Source of the DNA: Penicillus capitatus
Lineage: Eukaryota > Plantae > Chlorophyta
Direction: 5' to 3'
Assembly (NCBI GenBank): GCA_965649825.1
Contig: OZ287705.1
Location: 372,001-436,000, forward strand
DNA length: 64,000 nt
Positions 26,201-36,983 of this stretch are shown one piece after another (position 1 is the first letter of the stretch; each line of letters opens with the position of its first letter). Below the pieces are notes generated by a model. That model ran no database searches. It was not told the DNA's origin and saw only the letters and a list, made by a program, of their open reading frames with translations. A program made the position numbers and the translations under genes.

Positions 26201-29200
26201 GTGACGTGTGCGATTTCGATCGCAACGACGGTTCTCTGGCAGGAGGTCTGTTCAGTCCTGTCGCTGCGCCTTCCACAGGCGGTCGTGTGTCTAGGAGCTT
26301 TGCACGTGCACGACATGGATCCGGGTTCGACGTTCGAAAACGACAACGATCTAAAGATCGAGGGTTGCCAGCGCCTGCAGCAGAACGCGTTCAGCACGCG
26401 GAGCCATGAGTTGACGTGTCCGACTTACTGGCGGTTTCTGGGAATGGTCCATGCTCGTGCCGTACGGTTCAGGAACACGACGTTTGCCAGAAACGCTGCG
26501 AAAGCTGGCGGCGCCATCTTTACGAACAACCTCACGATGATCACGATCGTGCCAGATGTCGAGGAAGCCTTGGAAACTTCCGTTACCTATGAACTCGACT
26601 ATGTGCTGACGAAGAACGAGACGCAGCATCTCGAAGCGTGCAACGTGAGCTTTCACGAGAACAGCGTCGCCGCCACTGGCTACGGCGAAAAGGCTGCATC
26701 GACGCCCTTTACGGCCTTCCTTGTCAACCTGGACGGCGAAGGAGGACAGGATCCTGAGGAGACATTCGCGAACAGCTCCTTCCTCAGCGGAGATCGGCTG
26801 CGATTCGATGTGGTGTTTCGAGACGGTCTGGGCGAAGCCGTCACCTTTGCAGACAACCTGACGGCTCGCATCAGTTGCGACGAAGAGAGATCGAAGAATG
26901 CGTCGGCGAACTGCTCGAAGCTCGAGATTTCGGGACAGGAAACCGCGCAGGCGAGTGAGGACGGAGTGATGCAGTTTACGGCCGTCCGACTGCGAGGACT
27001 CAGGAAGAAGACGTACGTTCTGCGCATCGACTATCGTTCAATGTCCGAGCTGCAGACGCTGAACGTGGATTCCTCCTTCATTCGTGTGACGATGCGACCC
27101 TGCAAGATCGGCGAGAGAACCGTCAGCCAAGACGGCGACTATCTGGAGTGCCAGGAATGCGGCCAGGGCGAGTTCCAGCCGTTTCCGGACAGGCACGAGT
27201 GCCTGTGCTGCGACGAAGCCGAGAACCACACCCAGTGCGACGGGAAAACGATCGTGCCGCGCGATGGATACTGGCACGCCACCTCGTACTCCTTTGCCGC
27301 TCAGGAGTGCATTGGCCACGACGCCTGCAAGTCGTCAAAGGAAGAAGGAAAGACGCGAACAGAGAAGCTCAGAGAGATCGCAAGAGAGGCCCACGAACGG
27401 GACGAGTTTCTGTTGCACAACTTCAGCCAGAACAGCACGCTGTGCGGAAAGGTCCGTCGACGGTTCGCCTCGCCTTGGTCGCACCTTTCGCTGTGCACAG
27501 GGTTATCGAGGTGTTCTCTGCGGCAGCTGCGAGAATGGCTACGGCAGAGACGGGAGCGTCTGCCGGGAATGCGGATCGCCTGCTATGCGTGCCCTCATAC
27601 TGACGATGCTCATCCTGTGGTCGTTTCTGTTCCTCACCTATTTCATTCGATCCGTGCTGCTGCTGGCCGCTCGCATCGACTTCAACAAAAAATTCAGTCA
27701 AATGAAAACGCAGCACATCCGGCAACGGGCAACGCATTCGCCGTCACTTACAACGCCGCCCACCACTCGACGGGCATACAACCTTCGTTCGAGCGCAGAG
27801 TTCAAGACGGCGCCGCCGTCTTCGGATCTTTCCCCAGGCGAATGGCGGCGAACAACGGCCAATGAGATACAAGAGGAGCGCGATCCGGAGAGCAGCGTCC
27901 GCAGAGATGGCGTCAACAATATCTACGCGGCGAGATTGGACAGACTGCGGCCCTCGGACGGTGCACCAAGACTCGGCGGCGTCGTGGCCATCAAGAAGAG
28001 ACGACATCACGGAACGCGGAACCGATTGTCAGTGAAACTCCAGGCGCTGCACAACCCGACGGACCCTGGCGTCGACATCGAGCCCCTGACGCTGGCCAAC
28101 CCCGTCTCAGAAATCCTCAAGGTGTGTCTGCTACTTCTGGGCTTGACGATGACGCGGTGTGTTCTGTGGCGCTCAGATTCTTGTCAACTTCCTCCAGGTG
28201 ACGTCCGTTGCGATCTCGATCAACGTCGACTGGGAGGACTCTCTGAAAAGGACCCTCTACGCGATGGGTAGGCGCTCAGACACGAAAGCTGTTCTCGCAG
28301 TGCCTGTCTGCTAGGTGCCCTCGGCAATCTCTCCTCCGGCACTGGATACATCTCACTCGACTGCTATCTCAACGAGAGCGATCATCCGAAGTCCCTCCGG
28401 CGGCTGACGATGGCCATCCTCTATCCGCTGCTGATGTTCATGGTCTACGTTTTCGTCTGGGCGAGCTACAGCCTCATCAGGCGAAGAGGAATGCGGTGCG
28501 ACATCCTCTGATGACTGGGCATTCGCGTAGCCGCCTTGGTTTTCTAGTTATTGCCTCCAGAGGATCCTGTTGACGTTTCTGGCGATCAACTACTTCGTCT
28601 ACACCATCATGACCAAGAATCTGCTGCGCTTCTTCGCGTGCACGCACGTCAGCGATGACCGAGAGGGAGCCAACTGGCATCGCTACGTCTGGGAAGAAGA
28701 TACCGACGTCGAGTGCTACGAGGGGCACCACGCTTTACTCCTTGGCGTCCTCGTGGTTCCGCTCTTCCTCGCCGTCTCCTTCGGATTTCCCGTGGCGGTG
28801 ATCGTCATCCTGACGCGCAACAGGAGACAGCTGAACCAGGAGGACTTCGTCCAGACCTTTGGGTTTCTCTATGGAGCCTACGACAGATACTACTGGGAAG
28901 TGATCGTCATGCTCCGCAAGGCGGTGATCGCTGCCATCGCTGTGTTCGCCTACCGTCTCGGTTCCGTCCTCCAAGGCCTCATGTGTGTGCTGGTGATCGT
29001 CGTCGCCCTGTCGGTGCATCTGGCGGCGCAGCCTTTCACGCAGGAGATTCCGCAGCTGAATCATCTGGAGACGTGCTCCCTTGCGGCGACGATCGTTGTC
29101 TTTGTTTCTGGGCTCATGATGAACGCCGAGAAGGTCGAGCAGAGCGATCGCATCGTCCTCAGTGCGATGGCTATTCTCTTCGTCTGTCTCGCCGTTGTGG

Positions 29201-29463
29201 CCACCCTGGTGCAGCTGGTGTACGCCACGGAGGAGTCGATGGATATGAAACTGATCGAGCTGGAAGCGATGGAGATCCAAAGGATCATCGACGCACATCT
29301 GCACGAAAAAGCGCACGCCTTGCTTCAGCACTACGCCAAAACCGCTGCCGAAGCTGTCAAGACACTCCGCTGTCTGTTGAACCAGAAACTGCGTATCCAG
29401 AAACGGGAAGACATCGGCGAAGAAGTGCGCTCAATTTCGCTGCCGCGTTACGAGTCCTGTTAA
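23259..29463 (+). CDS. Large multi-exon membrane protein: signal peptide, Pmp-like right-handed beta-helix repeats, Cys-rich/EGF-like stalk, multi-pass TM C-terminus
   Basis: Hydrophobic N-terminus (CSLLWLLLVRCVLLRGVFG; ATG 23259 or 23295). Many FxxN and GGA(I/L/V) motifs (FVENRAADGGAI, FKANIANRRGGAV, FVDNEAKSIGGGAL, FRDNEGGIGAGGAL, FQKNRAVMEGGAI, FARNAAKAGGAI). Cys-rich CQECGQGEFQP..DGYWH..GYRGVLCGSCENGY. First TM ALILTMLILWSFLFLTYF, then several TM segments in ORF 28570-29463 (FGFLYGAYDRYYWEVIVMLRKAVI). Confidence 0.85.
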
Positions 29464-30659
29464 TCGGACCGCTTGTCTCGCAGAAAAGCCATAAAGTGCG
29501 CGACTGCTGTCTTCCTTTTTGCACGCCTGTCTCTTAGCGACACTTAAATGACGTCTCGTGGGTCAGTCCGTCAAGAAAGCACCTGTAGGAGTATCTGTAT
29601 CAGAAAGCACAATGATCATGATGCCTGTTCTGCTGCGTCGCTTTCTTTTTGTTCGAGTTTTTTTGTTTACTGGCATCTTGCAAGCTCGGAAGCATGACAT
29701 TGAATGAGTAGACTGACAGACGAGAAATCGTAAAATGAAGGGATCCATTCGAAGCGCATGTGTTTGTCTATCTTAACCACAGGACGCAGTTTGAGGGGGA
29801 ATCCATCGCATGTAGATGTGTTGGAGATGGGGTCTTTTCTTAAGAGTGGTATCTGCAGCAGATGTTCTGTTCAAGGAGAGACTTTGACATCGCGTTTGTC
29901 TGTCTGTCGTATGCGAACGTCACATCATTCCACCGATCGCCATTTCCTCGCTGTGTCAAACACATCGTACGCTTTCTCTGTCACATCGGCCCGACCGCTT
30001 CTCTTCTAAAACGAACAGACCAAGGAAGCGACAGAGAACGCGATCATTATCTCTACTAACAATTTAGAAGAGGCAAAAGAAGACGGGCGACAATCCTTTC
30101 GTTTTCCCACATCACGCTTGCCCCTGTTCGACTCGTCTCTTCATCGACTGCGGCGGAGCGAAACGACAGTCATTTTGAAATGGACCCGAGCCGCGTCGCA
30201 CCACGTGTCCCGTCGACCCATACTGTTTCCCACCAATGACTGTGTCCGGCGCGGCCGAACGCTCACCACGAGAAGGTCCCTCGGAATGCTGTACGAGGCA
30301 GGCGCATCGCCACCGCCGTTAGGCGAAACACGTTTGCGATGCCTCTCCGCGAGAGGGCGGCAGAAGACGGTGTCTTCCTGCCGCCTTCCTGGACGTACGA
30401 CTAATACCTCCTGGACAACGGCGGTTGGTGACTGAGAACTCCCCGTGCATTTCGTGGTGTGGGTCATTGTACGCAAGTCTGCCGTGGTCTGCAGAGCGCC
30501 ATACATTACGGGCTCTCCACAACGCAAGAGCTCGCACGGCCGTCGGGTTGACACGCGCAGCGCCTCCAAATCGCAAAAGGCGTTTTCCCATCAGCGCTAG
30601 AGGGACGCATCCACTCGCGTCGTTGCATGTCTTCGTGATTCCACAACGTGACCAACGCG

Positions 30660-32650
30660 ATGTCCGTCTCATCTGCGCTCTCCGATGCGTGCGTCGGCCG
30701 GCGCGCTCGCGACGCCTCTGAAGGTACATGCAGGATACCGCACTCCATGGTGGAGGCCGAGGAGGTAAAGCAGGATAAGCGCAGGACGCGTTCTATGGCT
30801 GTTGTGGTGACTAGGGTGATGCAGGACACGTGGCACATCTGCTGCCCGTTACCGAAGGCCGCGACAGAGGCGACTCTACCGACCACTCGCTGCAGCGTCG
30901 AATCTATTTGAAAGAAAACGACCTCTTTGCGGGGAGGTCGTTAACACAGTACGGTTTGGCGACCGTGGCGTGATCGCTTTGCCTTTAGGTACTGTATTGA
31001 AAGCAAACCGGCGCTGAATCCACTGAGGCGTGCGGCGGTCGATGCAACAACGGGCCGAAAAGTGTTGCTGAAATTCTATCCGTGGCTGGATGCGACGACG
31101 TTCCATCACGTCCTGTCGATGCATCAGCGCACGCGCGACAACGTCTACGTCTGCAGGTTTCGATACGCACGCATCCTTTACCCGACGTTGGTCTAACGAC
31201 GTAGGTTGGTGGACGTCGTCCTGTCGTCGCGCGGTTTTCCGCCGTGCGTCGTCGTCGAGAGCGGCGACTGCACGTTGTTGGACATTCTGGAGCACGGTCA
31301 CCTGTGGACCACCGATCGCCGAGCGATTCTGCACAAGGTGTCATCGGCCTTGCCGCTGAATGGCATGGACCGTGTCCTCCTATAGGTATTGACGGCGCTC
31401 AAGAGTCTGCACAGTGCCGGCATTGTGTACGGCGACGTGCAGCCGGAAAAAATCGCATGGTTTGCTCGTGAGTTTGTGTGCAAGTTTACCGATCTCGACG
31501 TCGCCTGCCTCGTGGGTCAGAAGAAGGCGCCGACGGTGAACGACATTATGTACGCAGCGCCGGAGGTCGTTCAGTCCATGGACAGTACCCACGTGTGCCT
31601 GGAACCGTCGTCTGACGTGTGGGCGCTTGGCATCCTTGCGCACGAGTTGTGTACCGGTGCGTTATCCGTCCGTCACGCAAGGAGAGCGAAGTGGTTGTGT
31701 CTTGCAGGAAATGGGTTCTACGGATGTCGACCAACGCCGGAATACGTGCGAGATGTTCTCTGTCGACGACGGTGTCTACCGAAGCCGTGTACCGCGAACA
31801 GATCCATACGCTTCTTCCTGACGCGCATGCTCTGCCCGAATCCGGCCAAACGAGTCACCGCTGCGGAGGCATTGACGAGCCGCATCTTTCGCTTCGCAGA
31901 GGCAAAACCGCATCACCGATCGTACACGCATCAAGTCCTGCGCCAGGGCAGCCTGCGTTCGACCCTGACTTGTATCTGTCCGTGCAGATCAGCCGCAGAC
32001 TGGACTCGATGGGCCAGATCTGTCGCGAGACGTTGAACGAGCTCACTGCGTCGCACCTTGTCGCGACGATCCGTGTGGAGGAATGCCCATCGAACGGCGG
32101 CGATTTCTATCTGGGCAAGACGGACGATGCCTTGTCGTTCAGAGACGAAGAGCTTCCCAACGAAGACGTGCATTTTTTGCGCCTGGGTCAGAACTACCGA
32201 CTGCGCATCGCCGTCGCGCGCGGTCGAAACTCCACCGCCGCGGTGGGCCGAGTGGCGTCCGTTTGCGCCATGGGGCCGAATAAAGAGGTCGTCGAATTGC
32301 GAAGCGTCGTGCTCGTGGACACCGAATCCGAATGCAAGGCCGTGGCCCATTTGGACCTCTCAGCATTTCACTCGCCGGCCTTTCGACGCATATCCCCCAC
32401 TTTCGGCTCGCTGCGCCATCGGTACGCCACACTCGACGTGCAGTTGCGACTGACGACGGTCGGTCATCCGTCTCGGCACATCGAGCTGTCTCGTGTCCTC
32501 TACTGTAAGATGGTGCACCGACGTCACCCATTGTTGTTTCATAGATGTCTTAAGATGTCACGTCAACTGTGGACGTCCATTCCGCAGTGGCTGAAAGACA
32601 TCACGCGATTCTGCATGTCGTGCATTCCAACCGCCATAGAAACGATGTAG
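30660..32650 (+). CDS. K4: multi-exon kinase-fold protein (best-preserved catalytic residues) + domain X; 5' end uncertain
   Basis: ENDLFAGR|YCIESK..VLLKFY..YVCR|LVDVV..FPPCVVVESGDCTL..|VLTAL..VYGDVQPEK..KFTDLD..AAPE..DVWALG..MLCPNPAKRVTA..| domain X (DVHFLRLGQNYRLRIAV..YATLDVQLRL..LYCKMV). Confidence 0.85.
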
Positions 32651-33002
32651 ATGATCATTTGCTAAGTACTCCCGTGTGTTCTCTCTCGTGAAAAATGCAT
32701 TGCCGTTGGTCTTGTTTGTTTTGTATTGTGAGTTGACGTTTGCCGCGTTGATGCAACGCGTTTCTCAACTGTGATTTCTCCTCTTCTCGTTTCAAGCATG
32801 CGTCGCAAAGACGCATTCGACGGGGTCTGGGACGAAGCGATGTCCTGAAAAGGCATTTGGTTAAGGGTCTAGCAATTATCATTTTGTGCGCGTCGTGTTA
32901 GCATTCGAAATCAGACGCACTCGAAGACGAAGCGTGCGCTAACCGATAGCGGATTTCCGATTCAGATAACTGCGTCCAGCAGTGACCAAACATGAACAGG
33001 TA

Positions 33003-33024
33003 ACGGTACCTCATGAGGTACCGT
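33003..33024. other. Perfect 22-bp palindrome ACGGTACCTCATGAGGTACCGT
   Basis: Read directly from the sequence; self-complementary over 11+11 nt; lies between two convergent genes. Confidence 0.9.
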
Positions 33025-33399
33025 ACAGAGTGCAGTAACTTTATGGGTCGAACAACAGGAAAAGAGGTAGGATTGGCGACCTCTGCGAGATTCTCTATCA
33101 AACAGCGATTATTTAAAGAATTAAAATACACATGCGCTGTCAGACCTGTCATGTCATGATCTCGACTTCGAGGCTGTATCACAGGTACTAAGTTCTGAGT
33201 AACGTTTTAGACGTCAGCGATAGATCGATGACGATACGCCTTTTATTGAATAGCCCCCTGGTGTACAATGCATGACGTTCTAGACATGCGGCCACGAGTA
33301 TTGCAAAGACAATGCGACCTTCTTCAGAATGTGAACACGTTCTCGGGGCACTCATGCACATCTTCCATAGTACTGATCACACGAGACACATTTATGCTT

Positions 33400-34407
33400 T
33401 CACTGCGCCTCTTGCAGACAGAGCGACGATCGAGCCTGCGGCTCTGCCCTCCAGCGCAGCGTCTTCACGATATCTACGTGCCGTTTCGAGTGCGCAAATC
33501 TAACTCGGATGCGCAACTGCAGCGGCATGTCCGTCTCGGATATGCTCTCCAGGTCTGTGGGCCGTTCGCAAGGGACGCCCGATCGAAGCGCCGTCGGTTT
33601 GAGCAGCACCATGACTTCCTTGCACAGCGCCCTGCTCTGTCCTGCCGCCATTCTGAGATTCCATACACGACCGGCCGAGCCGAGCATCTGAACGCCGACG
33701 ATGCGATCGATCGGAACTGGCTGATGCGGCGATGCGTTTTCGACTCGGATTCTGAGAAGGCAGCACGCTCCCTCCCGCGAACCCAATACACATCCAGTGT
33801 CTTCGTCCATCTCCTCGTGACCGTGTTCGCGAAAGACAAAGGCACTCTGTGTTCGACCCGAAGGCAATCGATCGCCTGTCAGGTATTCTCTGGTCATGTG
33901 GTAAGTTGAGAGGAAAACGGTCAAGGAATGCGATTCAGGAGCAACGTCGGGAGACTGAAGCGGAGCAACGCATCGAGATCTATGGACCTAAGGAGGATAC
34001 AATGTCAGTTCACGACGCCATGGGTCGGGATGTGTGTTAACCTCCTGAGCGGCGGCTGATGGGACGGTATGCTCGAGTGCAGAACGCGTTCGAAGCGAAG
34101 TTGGGATTCCTATGACGAAGCACAGGCAAGGCGTCAGAAATACATATCTGGCGGGTCTGTCTCGGGCGGCGCGTGCATTGGCGACTTCGCGTGGAGCTGA
34201 GGGACGCGGAGGACGATGCTTACCCGGTGTATCGGTGGTCCGTGCGGCGGCGACGTGTCCGACGTGCATAGTTACGGATGCGATGGCGATCTTTGCGCTG
34301 GTCTCTGGTGTTGCACGTCGAATGGGAGAGGACTGCCTCGTCAATAATCGAAAAGAACTCAGAGCCGTTGTAAATAGATACTTATGCGGTCCGAACGGGT
34401 TGAGCAT
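33400..34407 (-). CDS. Xc: divergent kinase-less domain X protein with low-complexity N-terminal exons
   Basis: ORF 33400-33924: AFVFRE..LLRIRVEN..VPIDRIVGVQM..VLLKPTAL..LQLRIRVRF..VDIVKTLRWR fits the X pattern. It joins through GT-AG introns to the 33988-34407 frame. Confidence 0.55.
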
Positions 34408-36983
34408 GAGAGAACGACCGGCGGTGAATGCTGAGAGCCGACGGTTGCGGTTCGGTTGACAGCGACGTACGGGCCGACTCCATGCACATCTTCTTTCCCG
34501 AAGCGGCAGTTTAGGCGCCTCTCCTCAAGAGCGCTTCTCTTCTCGACCGGCAGGTTTTCTCACTAGGATATGTCTGAGTCCATCCATGTATCTGTTCCAA
34601 AGGCAGACGGTGTGCATTCAGGCATCCGGTTCTTTTGACAAGGGACAAACGCATCGTGTTCAGCAAATGGAAAAACGAAGAGCACATTCTGTAAGCTGTG
34701 TCGAGTTTTTCTCTTTGAGGGTGTGGCTTCTGTCGGCGCCGCGGCAGACAATGCGGAAGGATTGCCGTACATGCAAAGAGCGTGCATGACGTGACGTCGA
34801 TGACTGTATGCCGCGTCCGGTTATCGATGTCGCGACGCGACCTTTCACTGTGGGTCCGTTTGCCGCGATCTCGGCAATGTCCCGATCCTCGTCTTCTGGC
34901 CACGTAAACGCAGTTGTCGATCTTCGACAGGAAGGGAAGATCGTCAGGAATGGACTTCTGTTCTGAAGCGTAAGTCAATAGACAATGTTCTGCTGTGCGA
35001 TTCAATGATCTGTCGACGATATCTGCTTCGCCGATGAGTTACGCGGAATAAAGGCTCTTATGAGCGTTGTTGCATTTGTATAGATGCAACTAACGAATTG
35101 GTCTGACGGTGCCAGCAAAGATTGTGACAGACGGCGGGAGTTTTAATCGAACGACGGGTTCAGAGTATATGTCGTTTGTGGACCTTCTTCGGCGCCTTTG
35201 CGTTATCGAATGCTTGGCGGATTCGCACATCCGTCAACAATCGTCGAGTTCTATGCGACACTGTCATGAAGGCAGACCCACACCTTGCTGACATTAATCA
35301 TACGATGTCGCGTAACGTGGCGCAACGAAACACAAATGAGTTCGAGCCTCAGTCAGTCCACAACAGCGATACAGATAATCTTTACTGATATCTTTGGAGA
35401 AACAGATTCTCACTGCTAATGAATTTTCCAATAAGGACTTGGCATGTTGGGCACTACCAATGGACAAGCGATAGACAATAGTTGTCGGCTTCGGGTTGGC
35501 AAGTAAAGCGGAGTCTGCCACACGCGAATATTAGCGCTGGAGCGCGTACGGTTATTGATCTTGTATGTCTTTGCTTGTCGTGGTGGCGTGCTCGCATCGT
35601 AACGAGTGCTGTGTCGGCTGCCAGCAGAGTGTGCCGTGGTGGATTGAACTGGCCATCCCTGGTCATTATCTTCTCATCCGAGTAATAAATGTGCGTACGA
35701 CAATAGGAAGAGAACGTCCCAACTGTCGCCTTAAACCAAAAGAACCAACGACTGTGTCTCATCATCTTCAAAAAGAACTCCGTAGAGATCTGCAATCGGC
35801 GAGAAATGCAGTACGGCAATCCGATGGATTCTTATTCGCGTGATTTGGCGTTCATGGTCGTCGAAGTGGAACATTTCTCACAAAGTCGGATGACCTCATC
35901 CTGTGCCGTTTTGTCAAAGATGCTTGATATTGTCTACAAATCGAGATGGCACTTGAATCACTGCTCATGATGAACAACATCATCTAAGTCATCTGGTGCA
36001 GCTGATAGGACGTGAACAGCTAACAGCTCGAGGCACTCATTGTCATGCGAATGCATTTGAGTGACGGTGTTAATTCTCTGCTTCTCCCCTCTCCGTAATG
36101 ACTGGTACACCAAGTCCACCAGGTAACGCTCGCCTGTCAACCCTGGCTGCGAATTCATGCATCTGTTTCGTTTACCGAGCAGGTGGGACGTTAGAAGCCT
36201 CAGCTGCGGTTGTCTTGCACAATCACGAACTCCGAATGCCACTTTTCTCTTTCCCGCAGACCTCACCTTGCTGAATGATGCAGGGTCAAAGTGAAGAATC
36301 GAGTATCAGTAGAGTGAGAACAAGTATGGACATCTCCTCGGCAGTCCATCATTTCTCACACTTCTGTGTCCTATGCTCATTCTGTGGTCAGAACACGGTT
36401 GCTCGTTTTTCGCATTTCATATATGATACCTGTGAGGAATGCCTTCGGCAGTAATTCGTTCTCTCTCAAGCAGACAAACGATGCCGACGTACGATTTCTC
36501 GATGGAAATGAGCCATAACGAATTTTGGGATGTGCGAAAAACGCTGCCCCTTCTGAATTGCGCGCGGAGAACAACTAGCTTTATGGAGTTCTAAGAACAT
36601 CACCTCCACCCTACAAACGATTTTCCCTGCAATCTCGAAGAGTCATTCGCCGATGGTCCTGATAGAACGACGATGAAATGCCTAAACGTTTGCACGCATT
36701 CCTGCTCTTTGTTTAGTAGACACACGGAGTCATTCTCACTTTTTCTCATCTTGGCGTTCGCCTTCGCTATCGTCAGCATTTCCATACCGATTATCATCCT
36801 CGCTGGCACCGCTTCTTAGGAGAAACAATTAGACCAAGTGTCACATCAACGGTTCGAATATTTAACCCATTCGAAGAAAGTTTGTCGATGGGTCTTCGCG
36901 AACGCCGAATTCTCTCTTCTGTTCAACCACAGCTTCATCGTAAAGCTTTGTTGGTTTTTTGAAGCGCATTTCAACATTCTCGC

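Noticed and set aside
28735-29331. Long antisense ORFs (e.g. 28735-29331, 41927-42256, 7072-8010, 23687-24415)
   Set aside because: They overlap well-supported exons on the opposite strand and show no motifs; typical shadows in GC-rich coding DNA.
23259-29463. Bacterial (chlamydial) Pmp autotransporter or contaminant
   Set aside because: The gene has many spliceosomal introns and ends in alpha-helical TM segments rather than a beta-barrel.
35294-36600. Minus-strand gene with a Myb-like WTAEE motif
   Set aside because: I could not build a consistent spliced open frame, and the motif is too short to be meaningful.
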